Below, piece by piece: positions 20,211-29,384 of a stretch of DNA of 64,000 nucleotides. The notes under the pieces are model-generated. The model saw only the letters and a list, made by a program, of their open reading frames with translations. It searched no databases and was not told the DNA's origin. A program made the position numbers and the translations under genes. The stretch comes from Burkholderiaceae bacterium (lineage in GTDB: Bacteria > Pseudomonadota > Gammaproteobacteria > Burkholderiales > Burkholderiaceae_C). Location: NCBI GenBank assembly GCA_017992055.1, contig JAGOPK010000004.1:112165-176164 (forward strand), in the 5' to 3' direction. Position 1 is the first letter of the stretch. Every line of letters begins with the position of its first letter.

Positions 20211-22967
20211 TCAGCCGCGCGCCGCCTCGTCCTGCGCAAACCACCAGGCCGCGGCCTGGCCGCGGCTGGTCAGGCCCAGCTTGGCCAGCACATTGGCCAC
20301 ATGGCGCTTGACGGTGTGCGGGCTCAGGTCGAAGGCGCGGGCGATCAGCTTGTTGCTGTCGCCGGCGGCGATGCGCTCCAGCACCTCGCGCTCGCGTGGG
20401 CTCAGCACCTCACCGGGCAGGGCCTGGGGTGCGGCCGACAGCGCAGGCTGGGGCCGCACCAGGCTCCGCACGACCGCAGCGCCGGCCTCGCTGGCATCGC
20501 TGGCATCGGTGACGCCATCCACCTCATCGCCCGCTGCGGCCGGCAGGATCGGCTCCAGCCGCCAGCCCACCCGTGCGGCCCAGCGCCGCAGCGGCTCGGC
20601 CAGGGCCTCGGGCAGGTGGGGCTGCAGCCGCGCCTGCAGCGCCGGCGAGGCCAGCTGCTGCAGCGCGCTGCCGCCGAACAGCAGGCCGCCGGGGCCGCCT
20701 TCGGCCAGCGCCCGCTGCAGCGCCGGCGCCAGCACCGCGGCGGCGCCGGCGGCATCGTCCTCGGCCACCAGCAGCGCATGGGCCAGGCGCACCCGCAGCT
20801 CGGCGGCCTGGCCCAGCTGGTCGATCTGCGCCTCCTGCGGCAGCAGCGCACGCCAGCCGGCGATGGCCGCCGCGGGCCGGCCCTCCAGCCAGTGCAGCTG
20901 GGCCGGCAGCGGGCTCAGTGCGGCCAGGCGCTCGCCGGCGGCGCGGGCCTGCTCGGGCAGCAGGGCCGGTTCCAGCCGGTCCAGGCAGGCGCGCAGCAGC
21001 GGGCCATGGTCGCAGATGGCTGCGGCGCGCGCCGCCAGCCTCAGCCCATGCCAGGCCGACCAGGCGCTGCCCAGGGCCCCCGGCTGCTGCAGCGCCGGCT
21101 GCACCAGCGATTCCACCGTCGCCCGCCGGCCCCGCAGCGCCAGCATCAGCGCCTGCTGCTGGCGCACGGTGCGGCGCACATTGGGCGGATCGCCGACCCA
21201 GCGGCAGTCGGCATCGGCCCGGTCCATCAGCGCATCGGCGGCCTCCAGCCGGCCGTCCCAGGTGGCCAGCCAGGCCTCGATCAGCAGGCTGGCGGCGCTG
21301 AGCGCGGTGGGCCGGTCGGCCTCGGCCAGGCGGCGCACGCCCTCGGCATGGCGCTGCAGCGCACCGCGCGTGCCGGGCAGGCCGATGAAGCGCAGGATGG
21401 GCGTGGCCATGTACCAGTACTCGGGCGCGCGCAGCCGCTCCAGCGTGTCCACGGTCTCGTCCAGCACGGGGCCGATGCGGGCCATGGAGCCCATGTCCAG
21501 CGCATGCCAGCTGGAGGCGACCAGCACCAGCACGCGCGTGGCGTCGCTCATGCGCTCGCGGCGCAGCGGTCCCAGCACCGCGCCGCTGGCATCGACCTGG
21601 CCCAGCGCGTTCAGCGCCAGCGCCAGCAGACCCTGGGCCTGCTGGCGCTGGGCCTCGTCCTGGCGCGACTCGGCCAGGGCCAGTGCGCGCCGCGCGGCCT
21701 CGGCCATGGCCGGGAAGTCCCAGCGCGACCAGGCCAGCAGGGCCTTGATGCACTGCAGCGCCGACGAGCTCTGGCGCAGCGCCGGCGCAAAGCCGTCGAG
21801 CAGCTTGTGCACGGTCTGCACCGCGCCCTCGGTCAGCCAGCGCGCGGCGCGCGCCGCCAGCAGCGACTTGGCCGCCGCCTCGTCGCCGGCCTGCAGCAGC
21901 AGGGCCACGCGGCGCTGGGCGTCGGGCTCGGCCGCGGCCGCGCGCTGGCGCAAGGGCAGCAGGTCCAGCGGGCGCTGGCGCTCCAGCTGCTGCTGCAGCG
22001 CGGCGCGGAACAGGTCGTGCAGGCGCAGCGTGCGCTGGGCACCGTCGACGCTGGTGGCGAACAGGCCCAGGCGCTCGACCTCGTCGAGCAGCAAGGCCGC
22101 ATGGGCCTGGCCGGTGACGGCCGCGCAGCGCGCCGCGTCCAGCTCGGGCAGCACCGAGGTGTCGAGCAGAAAGTCGCGCAGCTCGGGGCGCAGCCGGTCC
22201 AGCACCTCGCTGGCCAGGAAATCGAACACATGGCGGTCCACCGCGCCGGCCGGCATCACGCCGTTGCGGCTGGCGTTCAGCGCCAGGCGCAGGCCGGCCG
22301 GCCAGCCCTCGGTGCGCGCATGCAGGCTGAGCACCGCCTCGGCGTCCACGCCATGGCGCTCGCCCAGGGCCTGGGCCTCGGCCGCAGAAAAGCCCAGCTC
22401 GGCCTGGCGGAACTCGGCCAGTTCACCCTGCACGCGCAGCCGCGCCAGCGGCAGGGCCGCCGGGTCGTGGCGGCTGGCCAGCACCAGGGTCCAGCGCTGC
22501 CCCAGGCGTTCGATCAGATGCGCCAGCAGGGCCAGCGCCGGGCCGTCGTGCAGGCGGTGCAGGTCGTCCAGCACGATCACGCCGCGCTCCAGGTCGCAGG
22601 CCTCCAGCGTGTTCACCAGCTCGGTGGCGATCTGCGCCGGCGGCGCGCCGGCCTCGGCCATGGCCACCAGGGCCTCGGGCGCGAGGCGCCAGGGCGGGTC
22701 CTGCGGCTCCAGCGCGGCGATCAGGCATTCCAGCAGGCGCGCCAGGTCGTCGTCCTCGTCCAGCGACACCCAGGCCAGCGGCGGCGCGTTGTCGGCCGCC
22801 AGGGCCTCGGCCAGCGCCGTGGTCTTGCCGAAGCCGGCCGGCGCGCTGAGCAACACCAGGCGGTGCTGGCCCAGCGCGACACGCAGCGCGGCCTGCAGCG
22901 CCGGGCGCTGGATCTGCTGCTGCGGCCGCAGCCGCGGGCACTGGATCTTGGTGCGGGCAAAGGACAT
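20211..22967 (-). CDS. MalT-like STAND ATPase / LuxR HTH transcriptional regulator (ORF is open to 23324)
   Basis: APAGFGKTT Walker A, VIVLDDLH Walker B, C-terminal LSPREREVL...TVKRHVANVLAKLG. Confidence 0.9.
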   Translation of the reverse strand: MSFARTKIQCPRLRPQQQIQRPALQAALRVALGQHRLVLLSAPAGFGKTTALAEALAADNAPPLAWVSLDEDDDLARLLECLIAALEPQDPPWRLAPEALVAMAEAGAPPAQIATELVNTLEACDLERGVIVLDDLHRLHDGPALALLAHLIERLGQRWTLVLASRHDPAALPLARLRVQGELAEFRQAELGFSAAEAQALGERHGVDAEAVLSLHARTEGWPAGLRLALNASRNGVMPAGAVDRHVFDFLASEVLDRLRPELRDFLLDTSVLPELDAARCAAVTGQAHAALLLDEVERLGLFATSVDGAQRTLRLHDLFRAALQQQLERQRPLDLLPLRQRAAAAEPDAQRRVALLLQAGDEAAAKSLLAARAARWLTEGAVQTVHKLLDGFAPALRQSSSALQCIKALLAWSRWDFPAMAEAARRALALAESRQDEAQRQQAQGLLALALNALGQVDASGAVLGPLRRERMSDATRVLVLVASSWHALDMGSMARIGPVLDETVDTLERLRAPEYWYMATPILRFIGLPGTRGALQRHAEGVRRLAEADRPTALSAASLLIEAWLATWDGRLEAADALMDRADADCRWVGDPPNVRRTVRQQQALMLALRGRRATVESLVQPALQQPGALGSAWSAWHGLRLAARAAAICDHGPLLRACLDRLEPALLPEQARAAGERLAALSPLPAQLHWLEGRPAAAIAGWRALLPQEAQIDQLGQAAELRVRLAHALLVAEDDAAGAAAVLAPALQRALAEGGPGGLLFGGSALQQLASPALQARLQPHLPEALAEPLRRWAARVGWRLEPILPAAAGDEVDGVTDASDASEAGAAVVRSLVRPQPALSAAPQALPGEVLSPREREVLERIAAGDSNKLIARAFDLSPHTVKRHVANVLAKLGLTSRGQAAAWWFAQDEAARG

Positions 22968-23430
22968 CGCGGAGACGGCGGCACGGCGTGCCAAGGCAGC
23001 CGGAGGGGCCGGTGGGGCCGGTGGGACGGCCGCCGGAGGCGGCCGCAGCAGCGGCGATGCTACGACCAGCGCCGGCCTGTGCCAGGCCGTGTGCGGCAGC
23101 GCGTCGATGGCGAAGGCGGGGCTGGAAGGCATGCGCGGCATTCTGCGCAGGCGCGGGCGGCCGGTCAGCCGGCGTGCGACGAAACGCTGCCAGAGCCGAT
23201 GACCTGCAGGCCTGGGCTGCTGCCATGGCTCTTGTGGGCTATGCCGTGGGTGATGACAGCACCGGACGACGGCGGCACAGTGGCCGCCTGTCCTGCCACC
23301 CAGCACCCATGATGAGCGCCCCACCGCCGCGACACCGCCAGCTTGGCTGGCACACCTGCGCCCGCTGGGCGCCGCTGATCGTGACCGTCAGCGCGCTGGC
23401 GGCGGCCTGGCCCGAGCTGGGCCGCGAGCT

Positions 23431-24960
23431 TCAGGCCACGGCCACCGGGATCTTGCCGATCTTGGACTGCCAGAGCTTGGGGCCGGTGTTGTGCACGCTG
23501 GTGCCGGACGAGTCGACGGCCACCGTCACCGGCATGTCCTTGACCTCGAACTCGTAGATCGCCTCCATGCCCAGGTCGGCAAAGCCGACCACCTTGGCCC
23601 CCTTGATGGCCTTGGCCACCAGGTAGGCGGCGCCGCCCACGGCCATCAGGTAGGCGCTCTTGTGCTTCTGGATCGCGGCGATGGCGGTGGGGCCGCGCTC
23701 GGCCTTGCCGACCATCGCGATCAGGCCGGTCTGGGCCAGCATCATCTCGGTGAACTTGTCCATGCGCGTAGCCGTGGTCGGGCCGGCCGGGCCCACCACC
23801 TCGTCGCGCACCGGGTCCACCGGGCCGACGTAGTAGATGACGCGGTTGGTGAAGTCCACCGGCAGCGGCTCGCCCTTGGCCAGCATGTCCTGGATGCGCT
23901 TGTGCGCGGCGTCGCGGCCGGTCAGCAGCTTGCCGCTGAGCAGCAGGGTGTCGCCGGGCTGCCAGCTGGCCACCTCGGCCGGGGTCAGCGCATCCAGGTT
24001 GACCTGCTTGCTCTTGTTGTAGTCGGGCGCCCAGCTGACGTTGGGCCACAGGTCCAGGCTGGGCGCCTCCAGGTAGCTGGGGCCCGAGCCGTCGAGCACG
24101 AAGTGCGCATGCCGCGTCGCCGCGCAGTTGGGGATCATCGCGATCGGCTTGCTGGCGGCATGCGTGGGGAAGGTCTTGATCTTCACGTCCAGCACCGTGG
24201 TCAGGCCGCCCAGGCCCTGGGCGCCGATGCCCAGCGCATTGACCTTCTCGTACAGCTCGATGCGCAGCTCCTCCAGCTTGTTGCTGGGGCCGCGCTGCAG
24301 CAGCTCGTACATGTCGATGTCGTCCATCAGCGCCTGCTTGGCCAGCAGCGCGGCCTTCTCGGCCGTGCCGCCCACGCCGATGCCCAGCATGCCCGGCGGG
24401 CACCAGCCGGCGCCCATGGTTGGCACGGTCTTCAGCACCCATTCGACGATGTCGTCGCTGGGGTTGAGCATGTAGACCTTGCTCTTGTTCTCGCTGCCGC
24501 CGCCCTTGGCGGCCACCGTCACGTCGACGGTGTTGCCCGGCACCACCTCCATCTGCACCACGGCCGGCGTGTTGTCCTTGGTGTTCTTGCGCGCGAAGAT
24601 GGGGTCGTCCAGCACGCTGGCGCGCAGCACGTTGTCGGGGTTCAGGTAGCCCTGGCGCACGCCTTGGTTGACGGCGTCCTCGATGGAGCCGCTGAAGCCC
24701 TCCCAGCGCACGTCCATGCCGATTTTCAGGAACACGTTGACGATGCCGGTGTCCTGGCAGATCGGGCGCTTGCCTTCGGCGCACATGCGGCTGTTGGTCA
24801 GGATCTGGGCGATCGCGTCCTTGGCCGCCGGACTCTGCTCGCGCTCGTAGGCGCGGGCCAGGTGGGCGATGTAGTCCGCCGGGTGGTAGTAGCTGATGTA
24901 CTGCAGCGCAGCGGCGATGCTGTCGACCAGGTCTTGCTGGCGGATCGTGGTGGTGCTCAT
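23431..24960 (-). CDS. fumA: Class I fumarate hydratase
   Basis: PICQDTG, AKGGGSEN, GAGWCPPG, GRDAAHKR, AGPTTATRMD. Confidence 0.95.
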   Translation of the reverse strand: MSTTTIRQQDLVDSIAAALQYISYYHPADYIAHLARAYEREQSPAAKDAIAQILTNSRMCAEGKRPICQDTGIVNVFLKIGMDVRWEGFSGSIEDAVNQGVRQGYLNPDNVLRASVLDDPIFARKNTKDNTPAVVQMEVVPGNTVDVTVAAKGGGSENKSKVYMLNPSDDIVEWVLKTVPTMGAGWCPPGMLGIGVGGTAEKAALLAKQALMDDIDMYELLQRGPSNKLEELRIELYEKVNALGIGAQGLGGLTTVLDVKIKTFPTHAASKPIAMIPNCAATRHAHFVLDGSGPSYLEAPSLDLWPNVSWAPDYNKSKQVNLDALTPAEVASWQPGDTLLLSGKLLTGRDAAHKRIQDMLAKGEPLPVDFTNRVIYYVGPVDPVRDEVVGPAGPTTATRMDKFTEMMLAQTGLIAMVGKAERGPTAIAAIQKHKSAYLMAVGGAAYLVAKAIKGAKVVGFADLGMEAIYEFEVKDMPVTVAVDSSGTSVHNTGPKLWQSKIGKIPVAVA

Positions 24961-25058
24961 GGCGTGGTGGGCGAGAGTGGAGGGGCGGCCGTCGGGGGAA
25001 TCCCGAAGTTTAGCGAGCCGCTATGCTGCGCCAAGCGTCATGGGCCAGGGGACGGTTG

Positions 25059-25712
25059 ATGTTCAGCATCTACGGCACCGCGGGGCGGCTGTTCACAGGG
25101 CCGCTGGAGCAGCTGCGCCGCGTGCGCGGCCAGCAGGCGGTGGACCGCGTGGGCGCCATCTCCGACCGCGAGTTGGACTTCCTGCAGGCCTGGACCGAGA
25201 CCGGCGAGGCGCCGCCGCAGCCTGCCCACCCGGCCCCCCTGCCGCAGGAGGCCATGGGCGCCTATGCCAGCGCCGGCAGTGCGCCGCGCCACCGCGTGGC
25301 CACGGTGGCCGAGCTGATGAGCCATCCGGCCCTGAGCCTGGCTGCGGCCATGTCGGCCAGCAGCGCCTGGCGGGCCCTGGCCGGGCAGGGCCTGGGCCAG
25401 GCACCGGTGCTGGACGGCGCCGGCCGCCTGGTCGGCCTGCTGCGCCAGATCGACCTGGCGCCGCCGCCCACGCTGGAGTCCAGCGCGGCGCTGGACGCGC
25501 ACTGGCAGCAGCCGGCCCACGCGCTGATGCGCACGCCGGTGCCGGCAGTGGCCCCCGAGACCGATGTGCGCCACGTCGCCCGGCTGCTGGTGCGGTCGCG
25601 GCTGCCGGGCCTGCCGGTGGTCGACGACGACGGCACGGTGCTGGGCTTCATCTCGCGCAGCGACCTGCTGCGCGCCGTGGCCCAGGACCCGCCGCTGGAC
25701 CTCTGGGCTTGA
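25059..25712 (+). CDS. CBS-domain protein
   Basis: Tandem CBS motifs (APVLDGAGRLVGLL; LPVVDDDGTVLGFISRSDLL). Confidence 0.85.
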   Translation: MFSIYGTAGRLFTGPLEQLRRVRGQQAVDRVGAISDRELDFLQAWTETGEAPPQPAHPAPLPQEAMGAYASAGSAPRHRVATVAELMSHPALSLAAAMSASSAWRALAGQGLGQAPVLDGAGRLVGLLRQIDLAPPPTLESSAALDAHWQQPAHALMRTPVPAVAPETDVRHVARLLVRSRLPGLPVVDDDGTVLGFISRSDLLRAVAQDPPLDLWA

Positions 25713-25791
25713 TCCAGGTCATGTGGCATAGGCGTGCTGCACTGCAGCATGGTTGCCTTCCCACCCGGCTCCCCATCCGGCCCAGGCAGCG

Positions 25792-28503
25792 ATGAGCATC
25801 CGCAACCTCGATTCCCTGTTCGACCCGGCCAGCGTGGTGGTGATCGGCGCCTCCGACCGGCCCGGCAGCGTCGGTGCCACGGTCTGGCGCAATCTGCGCC
25901 GCGGCGGTTTTGCCGGCCGCCTGCTGGCGGTGAACAAGCGCGCACCGCTGCTGGACGGCGTGGCCACCCACACCGATCTGGCCGCGCTGCCGCTGGTGCC
26001 CGAGCTGGCCGTGCTGTGCACGCCGCCGGCCACGCTGCCGGGCCTGGTCGCCGAGCTGGCGGCGCTGGGCACCCGCGCCGCGGTGGTGCTGACGGCCGGC
26101 CTGGACGCCGCCCAGCGCCAGGCCATGCTGGACGCGGCACGGCCGGGCCTGCTGCGCATCCTGGGCCCCAACGGCCTGGGCCTGCAGGTGCCACGCCTGG
26201 GCCTGGACGCCAGCTTTGCCCACACGCTGGCGCTGCCGGGCGAGCTGGCCTTCGTGTCGCAGTCCGGCGCCCTGGTCACGGCCATGCTGGACTGGGCGCG
26301 CGGCCGCGGCATCGGCTTCTCGCAGGTGGTGTCGCTGGGCGAGCATGCCGACGTGGACTTCGGCGACATGCTGGACTGGCTGGCCAGCGATGCCCACACC
26401 CGTGCCATCCTGCTCTACATCGAATCGGTGGACGCGGCGCGCAAGTTCATGTCGGCGGCCCGGGCGGCGGCGCGCAACAAGCCGGTGATCGTGGTCAAGG
26501 CCGGGCGCTCGCCCCAGGGCCGGCAGGCCGCGGCCTCGCACACCGGCGCGCTGACGGTGGCCGACGACGTCATCGACGCGGCCATCCGCCGCGCCGGCAT
26601 GCTGCGCGTGGACACGCTGCAGGACCTGTTCCTCGCCGCCGAGACCCTGGCGCACTGGCACGGCAACCCCGCCGACGAGCTGCTGGTGCTGACCAATGGC
26701 GGCGGCGCCGGCGTGATGGCCGCCGATGCCGCGGCCGCCGCCGGCATCGACCTGGCCCGGCTGCAGCCGGCCACGCTGGCGCGGCTGGACGCGGTGCTGC
26801 CGGCCAACTGGTCACGCGGCAATCCGCTGGACATCATCGGCGACGCGCCGGTGCAGCGCTACCTGGACGCCTGGCGGGCGCTGCAGGGTGAACCCGGCGA
26901 TGCCGCCCACCCGGCCGATCCGGCGGCCCGGGCCGTGCTGTTCGTGCATGCGCCCACCGCCATCGTGCCCAGCGAGCAGATCGCCGCGGCCCTGGCCCCG
27001 GCGGTGCGGCCGGCGCCCGGCCAGCCGCCGCGGCTGCTGGCCAGCTGGCTGGGCGGGCCCGCGGTGGCGCAGGCGCAGCAGATCTTCAGCGAGGCCGGCA
27101 TCGCCTGCTATGCCACGCCCGAGGAGGCGGTGCGCGCCTTTGCAATGGGTGTGGCCTACCGGCGCAACCAGGCCCAGCTGACCGAGGCGCCGCCGGCAGA
27201 TGCGCCGCGGCAGGGCGAATCGGGCGGATCGGACGCGGCGCGTGCCGCGGCACGGGCCCTGGTCGCCAGCGCCCTGGCCCAGGGCCGCAGCCTGCTCGAC
27301 GAGGTCGAGGCCAAGCAGGTGCTGGCGGCCTGGGGCATTCCGGTCGTGCCCACCCAGGTGCTGGCGCCGGACCCGGCCGCCGCTGCCGCTTCGGCACAGG
27401 CACTGGGCTTTCCGGTGGCGCTGAAGATCCTGTCGCCGCAGATCTCGCACAAGAGCGATGCCGGCGGCGTGGCGCTGGACCTGGAGGACGCCGCCGCCGT
27501 GCATTCCGCCGCCCAGGCCATGCTGGCGCGGGTGCGCCAGCTGCGGCCGCAGGCGCAGATCAGCGGCTTCACGCTGCAGCCCATGCTGCGCCGGCCGACG
27601 GCGCGCGAGCTGATCGTCGGCGCCAGCATCGATCCGGTGTTCGGCCCGGTGATGCTGTTCGGCCAGGGCGGTACCGCGGTGGAGGTGCTGGCCGACCGCG
27701 CCATCGCGCTGCCGCCGCTGAATGCGCCGCTGGCCCGCGCGCTGATCGCGCGCACCCGCGTGGCCCGTTTGCTGGGCGCCTGGCGCGACACGCCGGCGGC
27801 AGACCTGCAGGCCGTGCAGGGCGTGCTGATCGCGGTGTCGCAGCTGCTGGCCGATCTGCCCGAGCTGGCCGAGCTGGACATCAACCCGCTGCTGGCCGAC
27901 GAGCACGGCGTGGTGGCCCTGGATGCACGGCTGCGGGTCGATGCCCGCGGCCCGGCCGGCGCCCGGCGCTTTGCCATCCTGCCCTATCCGTCGCAATGGA
28001 CCGAGCGCGTCGACTGGCGTGGCCGCAGCCTGGTGCTGCGCGCCATCCGCCCCGAGGACGAGGCCCGGCACCTGGAGTTCCTGGCCGACCTGGACCCCGA
28101 GGACATCCGCCTGCGCGTGTTCTACAGCCGCCGCAGCATCGAGCGCAGCGAGCTGGCGCGGCTGACGCAGATCGACTACGAGCGCGAGATCGCCTTCGTC
28201 GCCACCGAGATCGACGCCCTGGGCGAGGAGCGCACGCTGGGCGTGGCGCGGGCGGCCATCGACCCCGACAACCACGATGCCGAGTTCGGCATCATCGTGC
28301 GCTCGGCGCTGAAGGGCGCCGGCCTGGGCGAGCTGCTGATGGCCAAGCTGATCCGCACGCTGCGCGAGCGCGGCACGCGCCGCCTGGTGGCCACGGTGCT
28401 GCGCGAGAACCGCCGCATGCTGGAACTGGCCACGACCCTGGGCTTCACGCTGGAGCCGGCCGCGCCGGGCGACGAGGCCCGGGCGATCTGGCTGGCGCTG
28501 TGA
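25792..28503 (+). CDS. pat: Protein lysine acetyltransferase: NDP-forming acyl-CoA ligase-like domains plus C-terminal GNAT
   Basis: LFDPASVVVIGAS, SQSGAL, SHTGAL, ATP-grasp HKSD, PYP, LTQIDYERE, EFGIIVR...GLGE. Confidence 0.88.
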   Translation: MSIRNLDSLFDPASVVVIGASDRPGSVGATVWRNLRRGGFAGRLLAVNKRAPLLDGVATHTDLAALPLVPELAVLCTPPATLPGLVAELAALGTRAAVVLTAGLDAAQRQAMLDAARPGLLRILGPNGLGLQVPRLGLDASFAHTLALPGELAFVSQSGALVTAMLDWARGRGIGFSQVVSLGEHADVDFGDMLDWLASDAHTRAILLYIESVDAARKFMSAARAAARNKPVIVVKAGRSPQGRQAAASHTGALTVADDVIDAAIRRAGMLRVDTLQDLFLAAETLAHWHGNPADELLVLTNGGGAGVMAADAAAAAGIDLARLQPATLARLDAVLPANWSRGNPLDIIGDAPVQRYLDAWRALQGEPGDAAHPADPAARAVLFVHAPTAIVPSEQIAAALAPAVRPAPGQPPRLLASWLGGPAVAQAQQIFSEAGIACYATPEEAVRAFAMGVAYRRNQAQLTEAPPADAPRQGESGGSDAARAAARALVASALAQGRSLLDEVEAKQVLAAWGIPVVPTQVLAPDPAAAAASAQALGFPVALKILSPQISHKSDAGGVALDLEDAAAVHSAAQAMLARVRQLRPQAQISGFTLQPMLRRPTARELIVGASIDPVFGPVMLFGQGGTAVEVLADRAIALPPLNAPLARALIARTRVARLLGAWRDTPAADLQAVQGVLIAVSQLLADLPELAELDINPLLADEHGVVALDARLRVDARGPAGARRFAILPYPSQWTERVDWRGRSLVLRAIRPEDEARHLEFLADLDPEDIRLRVFYSRRSIERSELARLTQIDYEREIAFVATEIDALGEERTLGVARAAIDPDNHDAEFGIIVRSALKGAGLGELLMAKLIRTLRERGTRRLVATVLRENRRMLELATTLGFTLEPAAPGDEARAIWLAL

Positions 28504-29151
28504 TCAGTGGTCGCCGCCCTTGCTGGAGTGCGGCATCAGCCGGTCGGCAGCGGCAATCGCCATCGCCGAGGCCAGGAAGGCGACGTGGATCAGCGTCTGC
28601 CAGATCAGCACCTTCTCCTCGTAGTTGGCGGCATTGATGAAGGTCTTCAGCAGGTGGATGGAGCTGATGCCGATGATGGCCGTGGCCAGCTTGACCTTCA
28701 GCACCGAGGCATTCACATGGCTCAGCCATTCGGGCTGGTCGGGGTGGCCTTCCAGCTGCAGCCGCGACACAAAGGTCTCGTAGCCGCCGACGATGACCAT
28801 GATCAGCAGGTTGCTGATCATCACCACGTCGATCAGGCCCAGCACCACCAGCATGATGATGGTCTCGGACAGCTTCTTGATCGGCTCGTAGCCCAGCACC
28901 GTCTTGCCGTCCGGCGCCAGGATGGCCGTGCCCTTGTAGCCCAGGCTGTTGACCAGGCTGGCCAGCGCATCGGCATTGCCGAAGGCGGCCTCGATCAGGT
29001 GCACCAGCTCCACCCAGAAGTGGTACACGTACACCGCCTGCGCCAGGATCAGCCCCAGGTACAGCGGCAGCTGCAGCCAGCGGCTGGCAAAGATCAGGCT
29101 GGGCAGCGGCGGCAGTTTCTTGTTCACGGGGATCTTGGGCGGTTGTGCCAT
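28504..29151 (-). CDS. TIGR00645/UPF0114 (YqhA-like) membrane protein
   Basis: [43 protein letters not shown]. Confidence 0.88.
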   Translation of the reverse strand: MAQPPKIPVNKKLPPLPSLIFASRWLQLPLYLGLILAQAVYVYHFWVELVHLIEAAFGNADALASLVNSLGYKGTAILAPDGKTVLGYEPIKKLSETIIMLVVLGLIDVVMISNLLIMVIVGGYETFVSRLQLEGHPDQPEWLSHVNASVLKVKLATAIIGISSIHLLKTFINAANYEEKVLIWQTLIHVAFLASAMAIAAADRLMPHSSKGGDH

Positions 29152-29224
29152 GGCGGTGCGGGCGGGTGACAGCGGGGCGCCTGCCAGGGCCGGCAGACGG
29201 GGGAAATCCCATGGATTCTAGGTT

Positions 29225-29236
29225 TGACGTGTGTCA
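29225..29236. promoter_or_regulatory. Palindrome TGAC-N4-GTCA upstream of acs
   Basis: Read directly; matches the GAC-N4-GTC motif described for CrbR/ErdR-type acs activators. Confidence 0.4.
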
Positions 29237-29384
29237 GGCTGGCGCGGCAGCCCGGCTCCGGGCGGGGCCCAAGCCCTGGCACTGCACTTGCCGAGCAAGC
29301 CCGTCGTAAGTGTCCATGCCTAAGGTGCGGACCCAGCGAACCCCATCCGATTTTTGTTTGTTCGACGTTTTCCAGGAGACATGC

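Noticed and set aside
19101-23312. Very long alternative-frame ORFs (e.g. 19101-23312 +, 19270-23202 +, 46564-50535 -)
   Set aside because: They are antisense shadows of real genes in high-GC DNA, with Ala/Arg/Pro-rich translations and no motifs
22968-23324. N-terminal extension of the MalT-like ORF to 23324
   Set aside because: Low-complexity Pro/Ala text without family motifs; the recognisable start is MSFARTKIQ at 22967
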